A stretch of DNA of 64,000 nt from Piromyces finnis finn (Eukaryota; Fungi; Neocallimastigomycota), in contig MCFH01000008.1 of NCBI GenBank assembly GCA_002104945.1, positions 124,001 through 188,000 on the forward strand, written 5' to 3'. Under the pieces are notes generated by a model that saw only the letters and a list, made by a program, of their open reading frames with translations, did not search any database and was not told the DNA's origin. Both the position numbers and the translations under genes were made by a program. This document shows positions 1-13,318 of this stretch, one piece after another (the stretch's first letter is position 1; the number at the start of each line of letters is the position of its first letter).

Positions 1-871
1 AATATCCATATATCAAAAACAAAACATATCTTTAACAAGAATAAATCTTTAAAAACCTTACCAGGAGGGAAGATTTATTATTCATAATCTTTTGAATTTT
101 TAATTTTAATTTATTTTGTATTCCTTTCATTTAATAATAAAATTACATATTATGATATATATTACAATATATTGTAATATATTGTATATTGTGATACTAA
201 AGAATTCTTTTCAATTATAAAAAAATAACCAACAACTAGTCTATATCTAAAAGGAAAATTAGAGTTTTAGGTTCAATAGTCATTCAGTTTTGATGCTATG
301 GTATTGCATAAATAAAGAATGTATTATTAACTTTTTTATGAATAATTAGTTATGAAAAGTTACTAAACATTTCAATGCTTTTTATTATTATGAAATAATA
401 AAGAGTAATTATTTATTATGGAAAAATAAAATGTAGCATTTTTGAAATTTCATATGAAAAAAATGGAGTATATTTCTATTTAATAAGGGTTAGGCTAAAT
501 ATATTTAAAAATCAGCTAATTTTGCATCATAAAGAAGACGCTTTTTAAATGCGTTTCCTTTAACCTTGTTTTATATTCAATTCATTTATTAATAAATGAA
601 AATAAAAAAAATAAACAAGAGTTAAAAATAAATATATAAAATAAAAATAATATAAAGCACAGTAATTACTATACATTATATTATATATTATATACAGAAT
701 TTAATCTAATAATAATAATAATAATTTTTGATATATAATATAAAATTGGTTATAAATAAAATATAAAAAAACTAAAAGAATAATAAATAAATAAAATTTA
801 AAAAACATAATAATAAAATCTTAATATAATTTTCATATATAAAAGCATTCTCATTAATATCTATATTCAAA

Positions 872-2296
872 ATGAATGACAATACCATGGATAACAATGA
901 TAATGATATGAATGTAAAAACTGAAACAACATCATATAATCATAACAATATAGGTAAAATATATATATTATAGAATCTTTATAGCCAAATATTAATGATA
1001 ATTAATTAGTTTGATAATTTATTCGATTGATTATTATATATAAATATTCATAATATTTGTATTTTAAAATAATAGAACTAAATGATGAAGATAAAGAACA
1101 ACACGAATTTTTAAAAAGAAGAATGGAAGAAATTGAGAAAGAAGAAAAACAAAAGGAAGCTGAAAGAATAAAAAAACAACAAGAATATCAAGCAGAATTT
1201 CTAAATTATTTAAATAACAGGAAAAAACAAAAAGTATTTAAGCAACTTTTGGATATATGGTTAAATACAAAGAAATTAAAAAAAATTGGTCAAAAATTAA
1301 AAATAATTAAAGCTGATGATAATGCATTTGTAGCCGATAACATGGAATTTTTTAATAATATTAATTTAAATGATTCTAATTTAAATGAAAATGATAAAAG
1401 AGTTTGTCGAATTTGTTTTGGTGGTGTTAATGATGTTCTTGAATCAGGAAAACTTATATCACCCTGCAAATGCAAAGGTTCCATGAAATATGTTCATGTC
1501 AATTGTTTAAATGGTTAGTTATTTTTATTTAATATTAAAATATTATATTTCTTAATATATTAATATTGCTCAAATAATGATGATGCTCTTTTTAATATTT
1601 ATTTATTTATTAATTTATTTATTTTATTAATTCAATAGAATGGAGATTAGCGAGTGCTAATAAAGCAAGTTATTATCAATGCGACCAATGTAAATATAAA
1701 TATAATTTCCAAAGAACTAAATTAGCAAACTTCATTTCTAATAAATGTAAGATTTATATATATATATATTTATTCATTTACTATATCATTATAATTGCTT
1801 TAATTAATAGATTTTAATATGATTTTTCTTTTATTTAATTATAGTTTCTATATTGTTAATCACAATTCTTTTAACATATCTATACATTTTCTTTACCGGT
1901 TTTGTATTTAAAGCAATTATTCAATTAAAAAATTATAAAATTGGTGTATTTGAATTTCCAAAAATTAGCTTTTTTAATATAGGGTTGGAACATCATTTTT
2001 ACGGTTTTTGTGCTATTGGCGTGTATGGAGCCTTAAAAATGACCTTTTCATATTTATTTGATGTAACAGCTATAACAAATGATTTATTTAGATTGGTTCG
2101 TCGTCGTAGACGTAATAATCGTGATGATGATGAATTAACAATTATTATATTACTTGTTGTTGGTTTAATCAAATTTATGTATGATGAATATAAAGATGTA
2201 TATAAAAAATCAAAAGAAAGTCTTACTATCTTGGAAGAACGTATCTTGGAAGTTGATGATGATGATAATAATGATGATGATGATAAAACAAAATAA
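872..2296 (+). CDS. RING-CH/RINGv (MARCH-like) membrane E3 ubiquitin ligase, 4 exons
   Basis: Exons 872-953, 1076-1513, 1639-1746, 1845-2296 join in frame across GT-AG introns. They give CRICF...CKCKGSMKYVHVNCLNEWR...CDQC (C4HC3 RINGv) followed by hydrophobic segments (LLITILLTYLYIFFTGFVF; LTIIILLVVGLI). Confidence 0.88.
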
Positions 2297-2952
2297 GATA
2301 ATAAAGTAATTACCAAATAACAAAAATTTATTCAAACAGTAAATATAAAAATAACTACACTAAAAAATACAAATTAAAATAAATTATAATTCTTTGTAAA
2401 AAAAAAAAAAAAAAAAAAAAAATTACAATAAAACAAATATTATCTCACAATTAAATATTATTATAAATTGGATTATCTAAACAATGCTAAATATATACCT
2501 TATAGGAATACTTCAATTCTATTTCCAATTTCATATAGATGTATATCTTGTTTATTATTTCTACCTCTAGTTTTTATTATAAAGTTAAAAATTTAACTAA
2601 AAACTAAGATTTATCAATTATTCAATTTTAATAAATGAATAATTATAATTATTGTAAATAAAATAAAACACTCTAAAAATAAATAAAGTAAACTATTAGT
2701 TGAAATAGGATAAATTAACAATATGATTCTTTAATATCTATTATATTGTATTTTTATTTTTATTAACACATGATTGTTTTTGAACTTTTTCCTTTTTACT
2801 TTTTATTTTTTTTTTTAAAAAAAAAAAATAAATAATAATTAATCAGTGTTTGTCTATAATTTTTGTTTTTTTTTTTAATTTTTTTTTAATTTTATTTTAT
2901 TTTTTTGTTTTGTTTTGTTTTGTTTTTTATTAATATTGATATTTTATTCAAA

Positions 2953-3562
2953 TTATTGAGCCAAATCAGCAAGGTTGGTACCAGGAGTAGATGACATACT
3001 TTTAATAACAGTGTATTCTGGAACACCAAGGAAACCAAATAAATCATTATCTTCAACAGCATATCTAATATCTTCAGCAGACTATCAATTATGATATTTT
3101 ATAATTAAATTTATTAATATATGAATATAGATAGAAATAAATATAATAATAAAGGAAAACTAAAAATTTACAGCTTTGAATTCGTCTCTGACATGAACTT
3201 GTGGAATAATTAATCTTCCATTTTCTCTGTGTAAAATTTTCTTTACTTCACTATTTTCGTCAAGAGAGATATCAACAGCCTTGTATGGGATTTTGTGAGT
3301 ACCAAAAATGATTTCTAATTCTTGTTGATCATGCTTAATCTTTTTTTTTTTTTTTTCATTATTATTATTATTAATATTAAATATATAAACATAAATTATA
3401 TTAAAATTATTGTGATTTTATAGATATGAAAAGGTATGAATTCATTTTTGATTTATTTTTTTAAATTTGTTATATAATTTGAAGGTTTATGATTTTTACA
3501 ACTGAACTTCCAGATACAGAAGAATAGTATAAAGTAACAAGAACTTCCTTATTATCAGCCAT
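2953..3562 (-). CDS. SH3BGR/glutaredoxin-like small protein, 3 exons
   Basis: Exons 3562-3500, 3339-3172, 3081-2953 give MADNKEVLVTLYYSSVSGSSV/IKHDQQELEIIFGTHKIPYKAVDIS...IIPQVHVRDEFKA/SAEDIRYAVEDNDLFGFLG..., matching the SH3BGR pattern (YxSSVSGS...K..Q...I.Y..VDI...PQ...A.E...L..FL). Confidence 0.72.
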
Positions 3563-4769
3563 TTTTTTTTAATATTATTAAAACAAATTATTTAAATTTT
3601 GTTGAATAAAGATATATTTATTTGTTTTTATAATTACCCAAAAGTATATTTAAAAACTATTTAAATATCTATATAATATTAAATATATAAAAAGAAAATT
3701 TAAATGATTTAAAAATGTTTAAATGATTTTATTAATAATTAAAATTTCTTTTTTTTTAAAAAAAAAATATATATTTTTTTAATTAAAGTATAATTAAATT
3801 AAATTTTAATTTAAATTTTAAAAGGTTAGAATTAAATCATATTCATTAATATTTGAGTAGTTGAGATTGGTATAAATATTGAAAAGGTTTTTATTCCTTC
3901 TTATTTACAATAATAAAAAGTAGATAATTATAAGTAATATAAATCATTAAAAATACATTTTACAGTACATATTTTTATGTACATTATTACATACATATAA
4001 AATACATATCTCAAAGCTATTTTTTTTTTTACTATATTTTATACTCCGCCTTTTTTTTTTTTTTAAGAGTATAGGAAAAGACTTGTAAATTATGCTATAA
4101 AATATTATCATATCATAAAACTGATAATAATATATATTAAAAAAATACATTTTTAAAGATATGTAAAAAAAAAAAAAAAAAAACACATTCTTATTATTTT
4201 ATTATTATATAGAATGTATATATATAATCTAAAATGAGTAAATATTATTTAATAACAATAATGATTTATTTAACTCATATTAACATTAATATTAAACAAG
4301 AATTATCAAATTCTCATTTTCTTTTTTCTTCTTCTTTAGTTTTTTTTTATAAAAAAGGGAAAAGTTAAATGTTTATTAGAAGAAAAAAATATTTACTTGT
4401 TAATTACATTAAATGAATATTTATTATTATTAATAATAATTAAAGATTTATTTAAAACTTTAATTCTTATAAATCTTTATTATTATATATATTATTTAAT
4501 TAAAAAAAATAAAAAAAAAAAAAAAAAACGAAATATAAACATTAATTATATATTATTATGGATGAATGAGCAGTAAAAAAAAATAAAAGTAATAAAATCT
4601 TTTTTATTATAAAATTTCTCTTCATAATGCGCTTTTCTTTTCCTATTTTTACTACAAATTTAATATTATATATAATTTAATTTATAATTTTACATAAGAA
4701 GAATTATATTATATATATTTAGTCTTCAGTTTTTTTTTTTTTTTTTTATAGGATAAATTATAGAAAAAT

Positions 4770-5089
4770 ATGTCATTTTCATTTTCAGATATATCTATTT
4801 CCGAAATATCAGAGGAAACAAATCAACTTTCAAAGTCAAAATTAAAAAATGACTTAATTTCAAAATCCCTGACAGAAAGAAGTAAAATCGATAATTATTC
4901 CTTAACATTTACAGATGAAATTGAAGAATTATCTTCTCATTCAATACAGGAAATTATAGAAAAATCAAATCATTCTACCTCTCAAAATAATATCATAAAT
5001 GAAAATCAAAGTCATAGTAATTTAAGTTTTATATCCTCTATTTCTTCTTCTCATTCAAGAAGGAAGCAACAACCAATTATTAATACAGC

Positions 5090-5154
<65 letters not shown>

Positions 5155-8100
5155 GTAATAGTAATTATACTAACAATAATAATAATAACAACAACAATAA
5201 TTTAAATCATGAAAATTCAGATATTTCATCATCAATACTATCTTATTCATCTGCATCTGTATTACCCTTAAAAAAATCAAATATTTTACAAGAATCACCA
5301 CCTCATCCAACTTCAATAAATACATCAAAAAAAGAAGTAATAAAATCATCTTCATCATCTGTTTTTTCATATTCTTCTTTAACACCTCTATCTTCTTCTA
5401 ATTCAAATATTAATTCGAAAATAAATCATCAAAATATGGAAAAAAATTCACCTATTAATGTAAAGATACCTAGTAATAATTCATTTCATTCATTAATGAA
5501 TCCAATACCTGATCTTCATAATGATGAGGATGAAGATGACATAGAATCAATCATGTCAGAAAAGTTAAAATCAACAATAGGTCAAAGTGAAAATCCAATA
5601 AAATTGAATGATGAAAATGATTTACAAAGTCTTTCTCTTGAAAGTATTCCTGATGTTATACAATCCATTTCATATAAAAATAATAATACTAATAAGAGTG
5701 AACAAGTTTCAAATAATAATTCTAAAATTGAAGATAATTTAGATGAATTTATGTTAAAAGGAAAATCACAATCATCATCCTCTTCTTTATCTTCCTCCTT
5801 TTCTAATATATCCCATAGTAAAGAAGATAATAACAAATTCAGTAATATTCCTATGACAACGATTATTACACCATCTACATCAAAAACAAGTACAACCACT
5901 GCTAGTAGTAATTCCATCAAAAATTTGAATGAACAAAAAGAAGTGTCGAATCAAAGACTTATAATAAATAAACAAAATGCGTTACAAGAAAATTTTTCTT
6001 CAAGTATCTCAAATGTATATAGTTCTTCGTCTTTGTACCAAACAAACCCTTCTTCTCAAAATGAAATAGCTTCACTTAATAAACAGTCAAGTAATAAATA
6101 TAATAATAACTTTTTTTCATCTGAAAATGTTAATATTAATAGTCATAGTAATACAAATGAAAATTTAGAAATACCTCTATCAACACTTAATAATAATAAT
6201 AATAATAGTAGTAGTAGTAATAGTAATAGTAATAGTAATAGTAATAGTAATAGTAATAGTAATAGTAATAGTAATAGTAATAGTAATAGTAATAGTAATA
6301 GTAATAGTAATAGTAATAGTAATAGTAATAGTAATAGTAATAGTAATAGTAATAGTAATAGTAATAATAATATTAATAACATTAACAATAATAATAGAAA
6401 TAGTAGTAATAATATTAATAGTAATAACAATAATGATAATAATAATAATAGTAATAATGACAATAACAACAATAACAACAATATTAGTATTGATAATAAA
6501 ATTAATAAATTTAATACTAGTGCAAGTTCTACTACTACTACTACTACTACTAATAATAATAATAATAGAGCAAGGGTACAAACAACTTCAAATGAAAGTA
6601 TTAATAAAGATATATTAATGCCTACAATAGTAAACAACAACAACAACAACAACAACAATAATAATAATTATAATCCTCAAAATAATATTAATTATACTCA
6701 TTCTGTTAATCAAAATTATAATAATACTACTAATAATAATTTACAAAGAACATATAGTGAAGGTGAAATTCACAAAGAACCATATATACTATTAAATAAT
6801 AATTATGTCAATAATAATAAGATTCCCATATCAACTGTTCAACAGAATTATCCTATATATAATGATATAACAGTCAACAAAAAAAATTATGATAACTGTT
6901 GTTTATCTAATGATCATTATAATTCAATGAATAATAACCAATTCTTTTCATTTCAAACCACTAAACAAGTTCCAAATAATAAAGATTATTGTTCTTTTCC
7001 TCAAACTCATTTCAACCCAAATAATATTTCAGTAGATTCAAATTGTTATCCAACATCTCAATCTCAGCAACCACCACAACAATACTCCATTCAACAATCT
7101 CAATCTCAATTTCAATCACAACAACCCTCACCCCAATATATGATGCCTCAATCTAATTCTCAATATCAACAACAATTTTCTACACAGCAACCACCACCAC
7201 CATCTCAATCATTGCCTCAACCTCAACCATGTGCAATGCCTCAATTAAATCAAAATTGTAATACTCCCGTTTCAAATATCAATTCAAATAATAATTATTA
7301 TTCTATTCCTCAATTTAATCAAACCGTTTCACCATCAATTTCTAATAGTAATCAAAATAATATTGGTAATAATTATTCATTGCCACAATCCAATCCAATT
7401 CAATCTTCACCTCTACCAATATCATCTAACCTTAATAATTATTCAATCCCTGGACCCTACCAAAATAAATCAGTACTGATGCCATCAGAACCATTCAACA
7501 AAAGATATAATATACCACCACCTTCGCAAAATTATAATACCTATTATACCAATAGAGTGTATAATATACCATCAACTCCTTCAAACATTAATAATTATAA
7601 TCCTAATGATTATAATAAAATGAATAGAAAGGATGATACATACTATGGAAACTTTAATTTCAAAAAGAGGCATGAACGTTTTGATTGGAGAATGATAGCT
7701 TCAATTCAACTTGATTCAATACTTCATAATGTATATATATAAGAAATTTCTTTTTTTTTTCATATATTTTAATTTTTTAATTTTATAATATTAATAATTA
7801 TTCAATCCTATAATATTATTTTTTATATACAAATAAATTATTTACCTTTATCTTTATTTAATTATATAATATAAAAGGTGGATATTCAAAAATTACAAGA
7901 TGTTTTATATAATATAACATTTTCAAACATAGAATTTGAAGGTAAACATTTTGTTATTTATACATAAATAATAATAATAATGTATAGTTAAAACGGGTTT
8001 TCAACGATTCTATTAACTTATATATGTAAAATTTTATTATATATATAATAAAGATACCAGTAGTTTTGATCCAAACCTGGTTAAATTATTCCAAATAGCA

Positions 8101-8666
8101 CAATTGATTATTGAATATTTATTGTATTCACAAGTATATATCTTCATTATTATTAATATAAATAATATTAGAATTTATAGATTTTTACCATTTTTAATAT
8201 TGACATAATATATATTTATATATATTTTAAACAAAAATAATTTGTTATTTTCATAAAAAGAATATATTAAAAAATACTAATAAATCTTATGGTGATAAAA
8301 TGAAATATTATGAAAATGAAGCTTTGCAACAAAAAGAAAGAGCTGATAATATTGTAAATATACCTAAAATAATTATACAAATCAATAGCTATGTTAGCTA
8401 AATTTTTATATTAATAAATTTTGAATTAGACTACGGAATATTTAGCAATGAAAAAAGAGCTACGGAGAATGAAAAAAGTTGTTAGACTTATGAATATTAT
8501 GGTACCGATGTATAGAAATAATACAATGAATATATCAGATTCAGGAAATTATAAGGTAGACATAAATATTGTCATTATATTTAACAATTCTAACATATTT
8601 ATAATTATAGAGTTATTATTAAAACAATAAACATATATACATACATACATATATATATACACTCTT

Positions 8667-8722
<56 letters not shown>

Positions 8723-11700
8723 AAAAAGAAATGTAAAGTATGTTCGAAACTTTTCCAAAATTCATCATTTTTAATAAGTCATATGCAAAGAAGACATCCT
8801 GAAGTTCCGATTGAAAGCCAAGTTATTGAAACTATGAATAGACCAGAAAGAAGTGGTGGTGGTAATAAAAAAAATTAAATAAAAACATAAAATATTTAAT
8901 ATTAAATCAAGTATGGTTAAATAAGAAATTAATTAAAATAACTATATATATCTGTATATATCATGGGATTGTATAATTAAAGGTGAAGAATTGAATCTTA
9001 ATATTGATAATTTCGAGAAAATAACAAACTTTATTAATAGATTTACTTCAAAAATTAAAATGGGTGAAAATGAAATTAGAGAACAATTAGAAAAGAAAAT
9101 GAATCAAGAAGTACTTCAAAAACAAAATGAGTTAGAATTAACTTTTGAGCAAGAAAGACTAAAATATAGAAATGAAATTAATACCATAAAGGTAAACTTA
9201 TATAAAGAAAGTTTAAAAATTATGAAAAAAATATAATTATTATTATTTGGTTTTAAATTGTTTATTAAATATAAATACATATTTAATAATTTATTTTTGA
9301 TTTTTATATTATTATAAAACTAAAATCACTGTAAAAAAAATATATATATAATGTCATAAATTTATTTAGACTGAATTCCATCAAAGATTAGAGGAAGAAA
9401 GAAAAATATATCAAGAACAGTATCAAAAATTATTAAAAACAAAGCAATCAAGTTCAAATATTGGTGTATTAGAAGATGTTGAAGAAGAGAATAATAAACT
9501 TAATCAAAAATATATTGATAGCAGAAATTCGGTAGAAGAATTGACCGAACATGTCAATGAAAAAATAGATAGTATTCGTAAAGATTTATTATCTGATTTT
9601 AATGATTTAGCTGGAAAAATTCAACCACTTAAAGTATATATCTATATTATATATATAATCGTTATTAATACTATTATCCATTAAGAAATTTTTAAAAATT
9701 AAATAATTTTAATTTTTTTATTTTAATAAAATTTTTAAATTTATTTTCTTTGAATCAATAGAGGTGTAATTCAAGTGAATTAACAGAAATAATAGAACAT
9801 TCATTTATTAAAAATCCAAAGAGAGATAATGATTTTGATCAATTAAATAAAACACTAGATTCAACATTAAATAAACATAAACGTATTGGAACTGTCGATG
9901 ATTATAAAGATAATATAACAAAAAGTCATCATTTATACAATGAAGTTATTAACATGAATGAAAATAAAAGAGCTTTGAGAAAAATTGAACTATACCATGA
10001 TGATAATGACTCTATTCCATCACCACCTTCACCTGTAATTACCAATTAGATTTATATATCTAACAATTTATTATTAATTATTTTACAACAACATCTTTTT
10101 AATAATAATTATTTATTAATAATTTAAAATTGATTATATTTATATTATTAGAAATTAACTAAAAAAAATAGTGTTTCAGTAAGAAGATCAATTAAAAAGA
10201 CAAATAGTAAGATGGGAGATAAGGGTATATATAAATAATAAATAATTTAATAATAGAGTTTAATAATATTAATACCTATTTAACTATTTAATAAATTTTA
10301 AATATAAATATAAATATATCTGTTATGAAATAAAAGAATATAATAAGTATAAAATTGAAAAAATTAAGAATCAATTAAGAAATGAAATTGATCATGAAAT
10401 GGCTATTCATTTTGGAAGTATTGATAATAAAGAAAATTATGATGGCTGCGTCACAAGAAGAGATAATAATACGAAAATAGAAGATCTTCATGATAGTGAT
10501 AGTGAATTTTCTGAACACTACAGAAAACATAAAAAGTCAACATCAAATAAGAAAAAACAACATACAAATACAAGAAAAAATGAACGAAATAATGGCAATT
10601 TTTCAAATGCATCCATAAATTCTTCTCTTTCAATTTCTTCTTCATCTACTAATTTATCATACTATCCTTCCATTGCTAGTCTTGATGACAATGATCAACA
10701 GTTTAATACTCCAAAATCTTCTAAAAATAATAGTAATAGTACATTGTCACTAAAAAGTAAAAATCGCCAAAGTTATTCTATTGTAGAAAATGAAAGTTCA
10801 ATTTCAGATAAAAGTTCAATAGAACAAAGTTCAGTAGAATCGAGTCCAGAAGAACTTCATTCTAATGATGCTAAAGTGTAATAATTTATATTATGAATTT
10901 TTTTTTAATTTTTTGTTATGAAATAATTATAATAAAACGAAAACTTTTTTAAATTATTAATTAATTTATAATTATAGTCAAAATTCATCAATTCCTGTCA
11001 CTCCATCAACTCCATTTGAATCTAATAAATTGTAAGTTTTTTTTATAATCATAATAGTAAGTAAATAGTTTATTATATTAAAGGAATATTTATTTAAAAA
11101 CAAAATATTTTATTTTATTTTTAAATAATTATAGAAGGGATGAAGCTAAATCAAAAAAATCTTCAGTTTCGAAAATTTCATCATTATTTTCTAAGTTTAC
11201 AAAAAATAATACAAAACTAAAGGAGAAAGAAAATGATAAAAAGGAGAATATTAATAATATAGTAGAATTAAGTAATGATGAACAAGAAATATCACAAAAT
11301 CAAGAACAACATAATACAGTATCAGATTTAGAAACTAGAATAAAATCTGAATCAGAATTATCAAACGTCGATTCAAATTCAGAATCGAAAAAGGTATATG
11401 AAAAGTTAAGAAATAAACCTCATAAAAAATTAAATAAGAATAAAAGTTTACCTGTTCCGAAAACTCCATTGACCCCTACAGCTATGAGTGAAAAGAAAAA
11501 GAAACATATAAAATATAATAATGTAGATGAAATAATAAGTAATCGATCTTATAATACCTATACAGAATCATCTGTTGCTGATGATCAACAAACAGTATCA
11601 AAAACCGATAGGTCAAGTGATGATGAAACTTCTATACTTTCAAGTGATGACATAACTATAACGAAATCTGAAAGGTCATCTACATCCGATTTATCCTCTT

Positions 11701-12777
11701 CTACTTCTTCTTCTAAATCAACTATTGTTCCTCACTCTAAGAAAAAGAAAAATAGTAGAGAATCAGGAACAGAATCAGGATCGGATTCAAAATCAGAATC
11801 AGAATCAGAATCAGAATCAGATATTGAAACCGAGACCGTTACAGAAACAGTTACAGAAACTGGAGAAGCTTTTTCTTTACTTTCAAAAGCTTCCATAACT
11901 AACACAGATGATGATGTTTCAAAATCAGAGAGAACGTCTAAATCTTCCACTTCTTCTATTTTAAGTTCTAGCAAGAATAGTAAAAGTAGTAGAATATCAT
12001 CGAATAGTGAAGATGGCTTAACGGAAACTAATGATAAATCAGTGCTAACTGAAGATATCACTAGTCCTACAAAAACTAATGATGAATTAACAAATGATTA
12101 TACCAATTCTTCTTCTAGTAGTAGGAGCTCAAGTATAAAACCAATAAGTAAAAAAAATAAGTCTAAATCAGCAAGTAATTTAAGAATTAATACTACAGTT
12201 ACTGAAAAAACAGGTATGTTTATAATTTATTCTAAATAAATAATTATTTTTTATTTATTTATATCTAAAGAATTTTTTGTATTAACATTCTATTTATATT
12301 CATAAATAATTATTTATTATAATAAAAGAAACTGAAAGTATAAATTCTTTTGATGAATTATCAACCGAAGATAGCCTAAAAGAAAGAAATAATTCAGAGA
12401 GTCAAGCCTTATCAGAAACAGAAACAGAATCTAAGTCAACACCAATGTTTGTTAAAAAAACAATACCTAGAAACGATTCTAATGAAGTGGAAAAATTAAA
12501 GTATTCTAGTGAATCAGATAGTAATTGGGATTCTGAATCTATTGATTCTATTCTTAATAGTGATCAAAATAATAGTGAAAAAGGTAAATAAAATTAAATA
12601 AAAATCATCCTATTTCAAATGTATTTATATTGTTTATCTAATTTTTCAATAATTTTTAAATTATATGATAAAATAATTTTAGAACCAAAGAGTGAATCAA
12701 AGAGAAAAGATGATAATGCTAGTTTTGAAATAACTGATTTTTCAATAAGTGACGTAAGCGTCAGTAGCTTTAAATAA
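4770..12777 (+). CDS. DZIP1: DZIP1/Iguana-like ciliary basal-body protein with C2H2 zinc finger, a long low-complexity N-terminal extension and an S/E-rich C-terminus; multi-exon
   Basis: Spliced 7670-8800 gives RFDWRMIASIQLDSILHN/VDIQKLQDVLYNITFSNIEFE/DTSSFDPNLVKLFQIAQLIIEYLLYSQ (Dzip-like N domain), a coiled coil, then KCKVCSKLFQNSSFLISHMQRRHP (C2H2). The downstream exons I traced (9370+, 9761+, 10152+, 10338+, 10979+, 11136+, 12329+, 12683+) are phase-compatible through to TAA at 12775-12777. A single-gene model over the whole span is inferred. Confidence 0.8.
6216..6366 (+). repeat. (AGTAAT)n hexamer array (~25 units) encoding a Ser-Asn dipeptide run, flanked by (AAT)n poly-Asn tracts
   Basis: Directly visible perfect repeat inside the first DZIP1 exon; (AAT)n tracts also at ~5090-5150 and ~6630-6670. 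Confidence 0.97.
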
Positions 12778-13318
12778 ATGAATAAATTCATTTATAATGA
12801 GGAAAAAAAAAAAGTATTTTAATTTAATCAAAAAAAAAAAAAAAAAATCTATTAACATAAACTAAATAATAATACCAAATAATTATTATATAAAATTATT
12901 ATAAAATATAAAATTTGTCATTATGCTTTTATATATTATACAATTTATAATTCATCAATTACAACTAAATATATTTTAATTATCATTAAACTACTATTTA
13001 TTACCTATTTGTAATAATTTAAATAATGAATACACGTATTTACATATTATAAAAACTTTTTATTTATTTATTATTTTTAAAACATTAATTATTGTAATTG
13101 AAAAATGTATTTAAAAAATATTAATGCTTATTATTAATGTTTTAAATTATATAGGAAATGAAAAAGTACTTTATTTTTTTTTTATTAAAAAAGTTATAAA
13201 TATTATAAAATTTTACTTAAAAAATAATGATCTATTGAAAATAAATCTATGTTTTAATGCTAATATTATTGAATGGATTATATATATATATATATATATT
13301 AATATTTTTAAATGTCTT

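Noticed and set aside
62-85. Possible first exon (MNNKSSLL/gtaagg) of a minus-strand gene leaving the left edge
   Set aside because: Only 8 codons plus a donor-like site; not supportable without upstream-window sequence.
6143-6658. Antisense and alternative-frame ORFs in the track (poly-Leu 6143-6658, (IT)n 6180-6581, 31386-32234, poly-Tyr 61396-61629 and similar)
   Set aside because: They are shadows of microsatellites or of real genes on the opposite strand in AT-rich DNA, with no recognisable domain.
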